DNA of 64,000 nucleotides from positions 1 to 64,000 of the IMG/VR virus record IMGVR_UViG_3300047560_000921. One strand, written 5' to 3'. Below the pieces are notes generated by a model that was not told the DNA's origin, did no database searches, and worked only from the letters and a program-made list of their open reading frames with translations. Shown here in pieces: positions 29,621-38,986 of the stretch; the first letter of the stretch is position 1, and the number at the start of each line of letters is the position of its first letter. The position numbers were made by a program, and so were the translations under genes.

Positions 29621-30129
29621 CCTTGGATATCGCTACCAGTACCTAGGCCTTCTGCTTCGCTACCAAACGCTTCTTGTTCGATACGGGCAGTGGTACTACG
29701 GATATATTCCATGATTCTGTTTGTAATGATTACACTATTCTTAAAGTCTTCGATTGGCAATAGTGCTAGCTTGTCTAATGTTGCTGGACTAGGGCGATCC
29801 ATTGTTAGACTTTCAATTGCGGCTACTTTACCTAAGTAAGCGGCCCAATATTGTCCTTCTTCTGCTTCAAAGTTAGCCAGTGTTGCTTCGATTTGTTCTT
29901 CAGTAAAGCTGTCCAATACTGTGTTAACTTGTGCTAGTTCTTTTTGATATCTATCATTAAGTCTAAACTCGCCAGCACTTTCCTGAACTGCATGTTCTAA
30001 TTGTTCTTTTTCAACAAGTAAGTCTCTTACGTAACGTGCTTCAGAATTTGCGCCGCCGGTGACAAAATTATCAAATTCGTATTGGCTACGACCGATTGGC
30101 ACATTAGCCAATAATTTCTTAACATCCAT
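29617..30129 (-). CDS. helical hypothetical protein in the fibre cluster
   Basis: ORF track; RBS AGGAG; coupled to the glycosyltransferase. Confidence 0.75.
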   Translation of the reverse strand: MDVKKLLANVPIGRSQYEFDNFVTGGANSEARYVRDLLVEKEQLEHAVQESAGEFRLNDRYQKELAQVNTVLDSFTEEQIEATLANFEAEEGQYWAAYLGKVAAIESLTMDRPSPATLDKLALLPIEDFKNSVIITNRIMEYIRSTTARIEQEAFGSEAEGLGTGSDIQG

Positions 30130-30153
30130 GTGTGTCTCCTAGTGTGTTTAAAT

Positions 30154-30348
30154 TTAGTATGTGCCTGGGTAAGTTTGGCCACCCATCTTAGAACTGAATG
30201 CCCAAGGCGATGATGTTGTGTCAGCACCAGGGTAAGCTCTTTTGGCACCTAAGCCGGCACGCAATGTGATAGTTCCCGAAAGGTTATAAGCATTTCGGGT
30301 TCTGCCCATTGTAATTGTAGTGCCAGTTGCTGGTAATGTTCCTGCCAT
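30154..30348 (-). CDS. small Gly/Thr-rich fibre-associated protein (64 aa)
   Basis: MAGTLPATGTTITMG...GGQTYPGTY; follows an S74 fibre gene. Confidence 0.7.
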   Translation of the reverse strand: MAGTLPATGTTITMGRTRNAYNLSGTITLRAGLGAKRAYPGADTTSSPWAFSSKMGGQTYPGTY

Positions 30349-30363
30349 AGTTAAATTCTCGTG

Positions 30364-33300
30364 TTATTTAGTACTTAGCAATTCTTTAACCAGAGCTTTT
30401 AGCTCGGCGATTTCTTTTGCCTGTGCTTCAATCTTATCATTCAAATCTTTGGTAGATTCGATTAATGCACCAACCATTGCACCGTGATTAACGTGCAGGG
30501 TCTTCATTTCATCATTGGCTTCACCAACAACTTCTGGGAATACTTCTCTGATTTCTTGTGCAATTACACCAATTTGGCGTTTGCCGTCTTTGTCAAAGTA
30601 TACACCACGTAATTTTACAACCTTGTCTAGTGCCTTGTCAATGGTTACAATGTTTGTTTTCAAACGTGCGTCTGAGTAAGCGGTAACTTCGCCGGCAAAT
30701 GTTGCGTTACCTGTGTTAGAGATAGATGCTTTGTTACCGTTGGTTGTATCACGGAAAATCCAACCGCGGTTAGCAGTTGAGTCCATTGTAAAGTATGTTG
30801 CCCAATCTGCTGTTACGTTACCGTGTGTACCCCACGACGCAGTTTGTCCAAAGAATATACCGTATGTTGGTTGACCTGCTACTGCACCGTTGTACAACGA
30901 TAAACCATAACCTGTGCCGCCACTTGTGTTTTGTACACCTAAATAGTTACCGTTAACTGTACCGCCGCTGGTGTTTGTAGCTGTAGTAGCAGTAGACGAG
31001 TTGCCGGAGCAACTTGTAGAGCTACCGCTAATGTTCATTGATTGGCCAGAAAGAAACGCGGCCACTTTGGCGGCGCTGGCACTTCTATGGTAGTTGTCGC
31101 CAAACTTAGCCATTATGTAAGTAACACTACCAGTATTAACATCATCAGATGTATTCAAGTAACCGTAGAAACCGTAGTTACCAGTAATGTGACCGCTGCC
31201 GTCGCGATATACAATAGTATTTGCTGTAGCCGCAGTAGTTGGGTTGTTATATCCGCTAATAGAGCCAGCTGTACCTGTTACGTTAATGCCCCATGTGCCG
31301 CTGGCTCCAGTACCAGTTAGTGTTGGACTGTAGCTGTTGTAGTTGGCCGCTGTTAGCACTTCATAGAAGCTGTTCCATGTGCTATCAATACCGTTACGAA
31401 TTCTCAGTCTTGGTGTGCCAGAACCGTTAGTTGCCGTTGAACCAAATGCCAGCTGATAAGATGCATCACCAGTACTTGCACTAGTTCCAGTATATGGTGC
31501 AAATGTCATTACACCACCATAGTTACCACTTGTACCAATTGCACTAGCGTTAACAAAGTCAAAACGTACACTTTGTCCGAATGTTGTTGGCAATGTGCTG
31601 GCTAAGGATCTATCTCTGTCGTAGCTAGGAATTGCAGTTGCGCTAGCAACCGTACCAGTAACGTTAACGGTTACTGCGCCAGTTGAGCCGCTCAGTGATA
31701 TATTTGTACCAGCAGCCAAACTAGTTACACCAGTGTTAGTAATAGTCAATGGATTAGTACCGCTTACACTAATACCAGTACCTGCACTTGCTGTAATAAT
31801 ACCAGTGTTTGTAACTGTTGTACCACTTACACTAATACCTGTGCCTGCTGTATGCACTGTCACGTCTGCACTACCGTTGAATGATACGCCGTTAATTAAG
31901 CGAGCTGTTTGCAATGTTGTGGCTGTGGTTGCGTTACCGCTTACCGCACCAGTATGGGTTCCTTCTGTGTTTGCTTTTAATGTATCTATTGCAAACGTAG
32001 GATCAGTTAACGTAATAGTACCAGCAGTCTGCGGTTCAGTTGTCACACCGCTGAATAATCTCCATTTTCCGTCTGCCGCAGAACGGGCTAAACCAGTATG
32101 TTGATATGTACCGTTGTTAAAATGGCCTACAAAACCAATGTCATTGGAGTTACCACTATTACCAGAAGCCAAATAAATTAGCGCATCACTAATGCTCAAA
32201 TTTGTTGCACTAATTGTTGTACTAGTACCGTTAACTGTTAAGTTGCCGGTAACTGTTAAATCTCCGGGCACGGTTACTGCACTTGGCAAGCTCAATGTTA
32301 CGCCACCAGTGCTAGCACTGGCTGTGATTTGGTTTGCTGTACCTGCAATACTTGTTACACCTGTGTTAGTTACTGTAACTGCACCAGTTGCGCCGCTTAC
32401 ACTAATACCTGTGCCAGCTACAGCACTAGTTACACCAGCGTTAGTTACTGTAGTGCCGCTAATACTAATGCCAGTGCCAGCAGTGTGTACAGTTACATCA
32501 GCACTGCCGTTAAACGACACGCCGTTAATTAAGCGAGCAGTTTGTAATGTAGTGGCTGTACTAGCGTTACCGGTAACGTTACCTGTTAGTGCACCAGTAA
32601 ACGCTGTACTTGTTACACTGGTTAATCCGGCCAATGTAGTAGAACTCGCGCCTAGGCTAATAGCAGTTGTACCAATAGTAACTGCGCTGTTTGATAGTTT
32701 TGCATTAGAAATGCTACCAGCCAACATTGTATTAGTTACTGTACCACTGTCGCCAGTTGTTACCACTGTGCCAGTCGTTGCCGGTAGTGTTAATACAGTA
32801 CCAGTCCCTGCTGTGGCTGCTGGAATAACTTGTACCGATCCACTGCTACTACCAGGAAGTGTAACACTGCTAATACCAGTTAATGCCAGGTTAGCACTTG
32901 CACGGTTTAATGCAACAGATGTTGTACCAATGAAATGTGCATCAGCTTTTAATGCTACAGTGCTATCAATGCCTACGGTAATAGCCGCTGTTTCGCTACC
33001 GCTACCACTAACAGTAATTCCAGATCCGGCGGTTACAGTAGCAATATAGTTACCGGTTGTATCTGTTCCTAAGACTACAGTGTTTGCACCAATTGTAGTT
33101 GAAATAGTAGCGTTTGACGAACCGTCGAAACTTACACTACCTGTTACATCACCTGTTAAAGCAATTGTTCTAGGAGTTAGTAATTTGTTAGCAATCGTAT
33201 ATGTACCAGCAATACCGTCTTCTGCGTCTGTTAAAAACGCGGCTGCGGCCAAGACTGTAATATTCTTTTCAACAGCATCTAGTCGATCACTGATGTTGGA

Positions 33301-33462
33301 TTTTTTACCGATGATAACAATGTCGCTAGTTGTAACGGACGCATCGTCTGTAAACGTATCGTATGCGCCAGTTGTTCTATTCAACTTATAGTTGTTTGTT
33401 CCGCTGGTAAGGTCAGCGCCTACACCTGCGTTTCTAATTTGATATTTTCTAGAGTTTGACAT
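30364..33462 (-). CDS. tail fibre protein (1032 aa) with peptidase S74-type chaperone
   Basis: 'ASTATTLQTAR.I' repeats; C-terminal 'YSDARLKTNI...GVIAQEI'. Confidence 0.85.
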   Translation of the reverse strand: MSNSRKYQIRNAGVGADLTSGTNNYKLNRTTGAYDTFTDDASVTTSDIVIIGKKSNISDRLDAVEKNITVLAAAAFLTDAEDGIAGTYTIANKLLTPRTIALTGDVTGSVSFDGSSNATISTTIGANTVVLGTDTTGNYIATVTAGSGITVSGSGSETAAITVGIDSTVALKADAHFIGTTSVALNRASANLALTGISSVTLPGSSSGSVQVIPAATAGTGTVLTLPATTGTVVTTGDSGTVTNTMLAGSISNAKLSNSAVTIGTTAISLGASSTTLAGLTSVTSTAFTGALTGNVTGNASTATTLQTARLINGVSFNGSADVTVHTAGTGISISGTTVTNAGVTSAVAGTGISVSGATGAVTVTNTGVTSIAGTANQITASASTGGVTLSLPSAVTVPGDLTVTGNLTVNGTSTTISATNLSISDALIYLASGNSGNSNDIGFVGHFNNGTYQHTGLARSAADGKWRLFSGVTTEPQTAGTITLTDPTFAIDTLKANTEGTHTGAVSGNATTATTLQTARLINGVSFNGSADVTVHTAGTGISVSGTTVTNTGIITASAGTGISVSGTNPLTITNTGVTSLAAGTNISLSGSTGAVTVNVTGTVASATAIPSYDRDRSLASTLPTTFGQSVRFDFVNASAIGTSGNYGGVMTFAPYTGTSASTGDASYQLAFGSTATNGSGTPRLRIRNGIDSTWNSFYEVLTAANYNSYSPTLTGTGASGTWGINVTGTAGSISGYNNPTTAATANTIVYRDGSGHITGNYGFYGYLNTSDDVNTGSVTYIMAKFGDNYHRSASAAKVAAFLSGQSMNISGSSTSCSGNSSTATTATNTSGGTVNGNYLGVQNTSGGTGYGLSLYNGAVAGQPTYGIFFGQTASWGTHGNVTADWATYFTMDSTANRGWIFRDTTNGNKASISNTGNATFAGEVTAYSDARLKTNIVTIDKALDKVVKLRGVYFDKDGKRQIGVIAQEIREVFPEVVGEANDEMKTLHVNHGAMVGALIESTKDLNDKIEAQAKEIAELKALVKELLSTK

Positions 33463-33474
33463 CTGTTATCCTAT

Positions 33475-35697
33475 TTAAATGTATGTAAATGTAGAGATTT
33501 CTAATTCATCGCCTACATCTAGCACGCCTGAACCAAAGGTAATTGTACCGTTTGAATTCACTGTATACTCTGCCCCGCGCATTTTCAATCTGTTAAAGAA
33601 CACCGTAACGTTATCTGGGTTAACTGCAATTGGTGTTGTGTTCAATGTAAATGTATATGTTAACGTAGATGCGTTAGTGACTGTAATTACATCGCTATGC
33701 ACTGTACCAATGTGAACTTCTGTGATACCGGTTACACGACCTTTGGCATCAACAATTACAGTACCAACTGTTCTTGAATTTGCTGTACCATATGTGCCTG
33801 CTGTAACACCACTGTTAGACAATGTTACGCTAATGTTCGTTCCGCCCGAACCTGTTGCGTCGCCACTTAGGTTAACAGTTTGGTTAGTTGTTAAGTAACC
33901 TACGGTGCTTGCCGCTGTAACACGGCCGTTTATGTCAACTGTTACGCTGTTATATGTTCCTGCCGCAACACCAGTGTTAGTTAATTCTAACGACAGCTTG
34001 TTTGTGTTGTCATAATAAATTGTACTAATACCAACGTGTGTAGCATTAGTAATCATTGCACTAGCACTATCTTGAACTGCTTCAGTCCAATCAGTAACTT
34101 GTGTGCTTGGGATAGCAATGTCTTGCTGTGCGGCACTAGTTAAACGGCCTTTAGCATCAACTGTATATGTTGTTGTTTTGGTTGCACTACCGTATGTACC
34201 AGCAGTAACACCAGTAGTTGACAGCGATGTGCTAATTGTTGCGTTAGCGGTGCCGTTAAATGTTGTTGTGCCGGTTACATCACCGCTAACTGCTAATGAT
34301 CTAGATGTTTGCAGTGCTGTAGCTGTACTTGCGTTACCTGTTAACGCACCCTCTACGTTGGCCACTAGTGTATCTGTAGTCCATGTTGTAAAATCAACAG
34401 TGTTGGTTACTTCCGGGACCACTCCGCTAAACAATTTCCACTTACCATCAGTTGCATCTTTTACTAAACCTGTATGTTGGTATATGCCTGGGTTAAAGTG
34501 TCCTACAAAACCAATGTCATTGACGTTGCCGCTATTTCCTGTTGCAAGGTAGATAATTGGATCACTTAATTCCAAGTTAGTAGAACTAATTGTAGTTGTT
34601 GTGCCGCTAATAGTTAAGTTGCCGCCCACTGTTATGTTACCAGTTGTAGTAACTGTTCCGAATGTTACATCACTAGTTGTTGCAACTGCTTGGCCAATAC
34701 TAAAAGTCACGTTGCCTGTTGCGCCACTTACGCTTACGCCTGTGCCTGCTACTGCACTTAACACACCAGTGTTAGATACAGTAATAGCCGCAGTTTCTGA
34801 ACCAGAACCGCTAATACTAATACCAGAACCTGCTGTAGCTGTAGCAACATAGTTACCAGTTGTATCTGTACCAAGTGCAACACTGTCCGGTTGGATAGTT
34901 GCCGTAATTGTTGCATTAGCACTGCCGTTAAATGATACGCTGCCTACAACGTCGCCTGATAAGGCGATTGTTCTTGCTGTTTGTAATGTTGTGGCTGTAC
35001 TTGCGTTACCTGTCAGTGCTCCAACAAACGATGTTGCGGTTACAGTTGTTAGCCCGCCCAATGTAGTAGAACTTGCGCCCAATGCAATACTTGTTGTACC
35101 AACTGTAACAGTGCTGTTAGCTAGTTTTGAGTTGGCGATTGCCGCTGATGCGCTGATATCTCCGTTAACAATACTAGAAGTTAAGTTTAGCTTACTATAG
35201 GCAATTGCCGCAGAACTATTAATATCAGTGTTTACAATCGTATCGTTGGCAATCATTGTACTTGTGACTGTACCGCTATCGCCAGTGGTTACCACTGTAC
35301 CAGTGGTTGCTGGCAAAGTAATTGTAACTGTAGATCCTGTTGCGCTAGGAATTAGCAATACACTGCCACTTGTACTGCCCGGTAATGTAACACTACTAAT
35401 ACCTGTTAAAGCCAAGTTACCGCTTAGTCTATTTAAAGCAACGCTAGTTGTACCGATATAATGAGTATTATCAGTAAAAGCGATTGTTTTCCTATCAAAT
35501 CCTGGGGTAAAGAATAAGTCAGTCCCGTCGAATTCCATTGCACCTTGGTAGGGCGTAGTTAATGTATCACCGTCTGCAAATAGCAACGGCGCCGCGGTAG
35601 TTGTACCTGCGGGTAAAGTAATGGTGCTAGTGAACGTTGCACTACTTGGGGTGATTACGCCAGTTAATAAACTTGCTCTTACTCTTGTTAAACTCAT
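33475..35697 (-). CDS. tail fibre-like structural protein (740 aa)
   Basis: Shares modules with the 1032-aa and 2135-aa fibres; TAAATA at 35718-35723. Confidence 0.8.
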   Translation of the reverse strand: MSLTRVRASLLTGVITPSSATFTSTITLPAGTTTAAPLLFADGDTLTTPYQGAMEFDGTDLFFTPGFDRKTIAFTDNTHYIGTTSVALNRLSGNLALTGISSVTLPGSTSGSVLLIPSATGSTVTITLPATTGTVVTTGDSGTVTSTMIANDTIVNTDINSSAAIAYSKLNLTSSIVNGDISASAAIANSKLANSTVTVGTTSIALGASSTTLGGLTTVTATSFVGALTGNASTATTLQTARTIALSGDVVGSVSFNGSANATITATIQPDSVALGTDTTGNYVATATAGSGISISGSGSETAAITVSNTGVLSAVAGTGVSVSGATGNVTFSIGQAVATTSDVTFGTVTTTGNITVGGNLTISGTTTTISSTNLELSDPIIYLATGNSGNVNDIGFVGHFNPGIYQHTGLVKDATDGKWKLFSGVVPEVTNTVDFTTWTTDTLVANVEGALTGNASTATALQTSRSLAVSGDVTGTTTFNGTANATISTSLSTTGVTAGTYGSATKTTTYTVDAKGRLTSAAQQDIAIPSTQVTDWTEAVQDSASAMITNATHVGISTIYYDNTNKLSLELTNTGVAAGTYNSVTVDINGRVTAASTVGYLTTNQTVNLSGDATGSGGTNISVTLSNSGVTAGTYGTANSRTVGTVIVDAKGRVTGITEVHIGTVHSDVITVTNASTLTYTFTLNTTPIAVNPDNVTVFFNRLKMRGAEYTVNSNGTITFGSGVLDVGDELEISTFTYI

Positions 35698-35760
35698 GTT
35701 AGGATCCTATATCCAAATATTTATCAAATACTCTACCGAAGTATTTTGAATTCATTTACT

Positions 35761-36219
35761 TTACGGTTTTTCGGGCCAAATTATAGCGTTAGGAAAACCT
35801 TCTTGATTTGTAATATCTCTTAATGCTTGTCTGTACTCAGTCCACTGCGATGATACTGCATCCGGAATGTCTTTTGCTTGGGTCCAGTCACATTCTTCTA
35901 ATAACCTGTTTCTGCGATTTCTTGCAAATCCAGCGGCAGCATTAGTATCTAATAACTGTTGATAATCGTCAAGCAAAATCCACGACGCTGTGTATTCCCC
36001 TGATTCGGACTTAGACACTGCTAGTACAGAGTCTGCAGGCTGTTGCTCTATAGGTTCTTCTACAGCAATATAGCCTGCGGCGCTGATTTGTTCTGCGGTT
36101 GTACTTTCAGAAAATCCCAGCCATGTCATGTTTTGTATACTCTCAGCCGACAATACCTCTGTTGTCGGAAATACTGTTAAGTTAGGTTTAATATATATTG
36201 TCATTTTAATAATTTCCAA
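35761..36219 (-). CDS. tail fibre assembly chaperone
   Basis: C-terminal 'RNRRNRLLEECDWTQ..D....W..YRQALRDI..Q.GFP..I.WP.KP'. Confidence 0.85.
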   Translation of the reverse strand: MEIIKMTIYIKPNLTVFPTTEVLSAESIQNMTWLGFSESTTAEQISAAGYIAVEEPIEQQPADSVLAVSKSESGEYTASWILLDDYQQLLDTNAAAGFARNRRNRLLEECDWTQAKDIPDAVSSQWTEYRQALRDITNQEGFPNAIIWPEKP

Positions 36220-38968
36220 AGTAATAACCGTTCACGCCATATGATCCAGTAAACCCGGCCAATGAACCAATTGGCGGGTTGCCTATTGAATTATTCCAGA
36301 ACGATGCAGGAACTTTAATAAAAGTAAACCCGGCCATAGAATCATAATATGCTGTCACGCCTGCGGCTGCTTGAAAATTGTTCATGTCGTAGCCACCGCC
36401 GCCGCCTTGCAAGTATAATATACCGTAAAAATAATTTGTAGTTGACCAATATTGGTTGCCGTATTGTTGCGGTGCATTAAACATCGAAAAGTTACCGTCC
36501 GGGCTATATAAGCCAGCACCACCGTTGAAACAGGCCATTGTCGATGGATCAGTTGTGCTATCTAAAACCCATCCTAATATATCCATGCTACCGGAACCGC
36601 CGTTTGCATAGTTAGTGCTAACATGCACCGTTGTGCCTGATGCGATCGACTGAGACGAATACCATGGATATTGCTGGCCGCTTGGACCGTAATACGGAGC
36701 GTTGAGTAGTTGATTGAAAGGACCTAAACCAGGTCCTCCTACTGACATAATCGACTCATTAAATGACATTGGTTGCACTAACAGTTTACCTGTGACTGGC
36801 ATAGTAAATGTGGCGTCACCGTTTGTGTATGCCACACTAGATGGACCCATTTTTGTAACAAAAGGAGGAACATTACTGCCTCCGCCACTACTGCCTCCGC
36901 CACCTGTTGAGCTAATAGTAATAGTTCTTGATCCTGAGTTAGATGTTAATGTTACATTTGACCCTGCCGCAAAGTTAACATAGTCGCTCCCTGACGCCAT
37001 CATCGATGGTGAACCGTTGACATATATTTGTGTATAAGCGTCTGTCATACCAGCACTTGGTAAGGTAAAGCCATTTTTCGTTACTGCTACCACTCTGCCG
37101 TATTCGTCAACTTGTAATGTTGGTAGTTCTACATAGTTGTTAGAGTTGTTATAACTTCCGTATAAGCCAGGAATAACAGATGTTTGCGACAATCCAATAG
37201 TTGTTGCTGTGTTGCCATTAAATGCTAGCGAACTGAAATTGTATAATACAACCATGCCGCCGCCTTGGTTTTGCCAGCCAGACCCGCCGCCACTGCTTAA
37301 TTCTCCAGGGGCGCCGATGGCAGCTGACGTTCCAGACAAAGATACTGCACCACCAAATGAATCTCGCTGGTAGTTACCTTCTGCACCAATGGGGTTAGGT
37401 GAGTAGATTGTTTTTATTAATGTACCTGTGTTTAAGTCGTATAAGTGAGCCGCACCTGGTGTGTCGTTACTGTCGCTGAAACTTTCACCTACTAATAGTT
37501 GAGTACCTGATATCGATATAGATCCACCAAACCATTGGCCACCGTTTATAACCGGTGCAGGAGAATATATTGTGTACAGCAATGCATTGTTGTCTAATGT
37601 ATTGAATACGTACACTGCTCCGACTTGTTGTTTGCCGCCTGATGTCGGAGGTACGTTTCCTCCTATCCATGGTGCGCCGACTGCAATATAAATGCCGTTG
37701 GTTGCAACAGAGAAACCAAAGTATGCGGCTGCGTTGTTTGGGTTCGGTCTATTGATAGTAACACCGTACGATGACCAGTTAGACGAACTTACTGTACTTC
37801 CTTGCGGAGCAAAGTTAGCTAAGTCAATCTTATATGCTTTACCGTTGGAGTTATTATAGCTATCGCCTTCGATATACGCACCCATAACTACCATATTACC
37901 AGATATTGCCACAGAACATCCAAAGAAGTCACCTGTGCCGTTAGACGAATATGCATTAGGATTAGTAATAGTCCAACGTAATACGTTATCGGCTAGTGTG
38001 TAAATGTACACTGCCCCAGCCTGGCTATTATTCCCTTGCGCTCCTACTACTAATCTTGTTGTGGACATGGCAATAGCTGATCCAAATCCGGCACCTGTGG
38101 GTGCCGCTACTGGATTAGAAATCGTAGCAGTTGCAGATGTAATAGTTATAGTAGAGCCAGAATATGTTGTCCATGTTGACATGTCAAATAAACAAACCCT
38201 GCCAGCAGTTGACCAATTGTCTCCGATGGCAATAATATTATTTGAGTTAATACATACTGCGCCATTCAAATAATAGTTTGTCATCTGAATTTTATACAAG
38301 CACTTACCTGTTGCATTTGAAAATACATAAGCGTAGAATGCCGAACCGCCTCCTGCTACAACTGTATAAGTTCCGTTAGTAGAAACTTTACCACCAAAAT
38401 ATGTGTTTTCTACAACTGGCGAGTATAAGATTTGCGATAGTTCATTACTAGTTGTCAATCCGTTACCAATTGTAAGTGCATTTGTAGTTGTTCCGCTACT
38501 ACCACCTCCGCCGGCAACTGTGCCCCAGCTTAGTGTAGTACCGTCTGTAGTCAAGTATTTGCCAGTGTTACCAGTTTGCGATGGTAATGATGTTCCGCCA
38601 CCAGTAGACGAAATAATGCCATTACTAATAGTAATCGTAGAACCGTCTACTTTTACGCCGCCCAATGTGCTAGTACTTGCTGTTGGCAATGTATATGGTG
38701 CTGGCGGCGTAAATGTAAATGCTCCGCCGCTGTAGCTCAATCCGCCATTACCGCTAGCAGACGCTGTACTTACGCTAATGTTACTAGCAGTAATAAATCC
38801 TGCACCGTTAGTCAATTGGCTAGTATTAGACGGGATAGAAATAATACCAGTTAGTGGGTTAAAGCCTGCGGTACCAGCCGTAACACTAATTAAATTTCGA
38901 GCTGTAGCATCTGCAGAGTTATCTGCACTGTATGTTCTATCAACTCTGGTTTTTATGGTTGCTGCCAT
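36206..38968 (-). CDS. fibre/receptor-binding protein with FG-GAP-like beta-propeller repeats
   Basis: About six 'FG.(S/A)(V/I)(A/S)......VGA.......G.VY' repeats. Confidence 0.75.
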   Translation of the reverse strand: MAATIKTRVDRTYSADNSADATARNLISVTAGTAGFNPLTGIISIPSNTSQLTNGAGFITASNISVSTASASGNGGLSYSGGAFTFTPPAPYTLPTASTSTLGGVKVDGSTITISNGIISSTGGGTSLPSQTGNTGKYLTTDGTTLSWGTVAGGGGSSGTTTNALTIGNGLTTSNELSQILYSPVVENTYFGGKVSTNGTYTVVAGGGSAFYAYVFSNATGKCLYKIQMTNYYLNGAVCINSNNIIAIGDNWSTAGRVCLFDMSTWTTYSGSTITITSATATISNPVAAPTGAGFGSAIAMSTTRLVVGAQGNNSQAGAVYIYTLADNVLRWTITNPNAYSSNGTGDFFGCSVAISGNMVVMGAYIEGDSYNNSNGKAYKIDLANFAPQGSTVSSSNWSSYGVTINRPNPNNAAAYFGFSVATNGIYIAVGAPWIGGNVPPTSGGKQQVGAVYVFNTLDNNALLYTIYSPAPVINGGQWFGGSISISGTQLLVGESFSDSNDTPGAAHLYDLNTGTLIKTIYSPNPIGAEGNYQRDSFGGAVSLSGTSAAIGAPGELSSGGGSGWQNQGGGMVVLYNFSSLAFNGNTATTIGLSQTSVIPGLYGSYNNSNNYVELPTLQVDEYGRVVAVTKNGFTLPSAGMTDAYTQIYVNGSPSMMASGSDYVNFAAGSNVTLTSNSGSRTITISSTGGGGSSGGGSNVPPFVTKMGPSSVAYTNGDATFTMPVTGKLLVQPMSFNESIMSVGGPGLGPFNQLLNAPYYGPSGQQYPWYSSQSIASGTTVHVSTNYANGGSGSMDILGWVLDSTTDPSTMACFNGGAGLYSPDGNFSMFNAPQQYGNQYWSTTNYFYGILYLQGGGGGYDMNNFQAAAGVTAYYDSMAGFTFIKVPASFWNNSIGNPPIGSLAGFTGSYGVNGYYFGNY

Positions 38969-38986
38969 GTTACAATATTCCCTTTA

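Noticed and set aside
30154-30348. 64-aa Gly/Thr peptide as the precursor for the 54-59 kb enzyme cassette
   Set aside because: It lies 24 kb away in a fibre operon and shows no lasso-type leader/core pattern; a structural role is more likely
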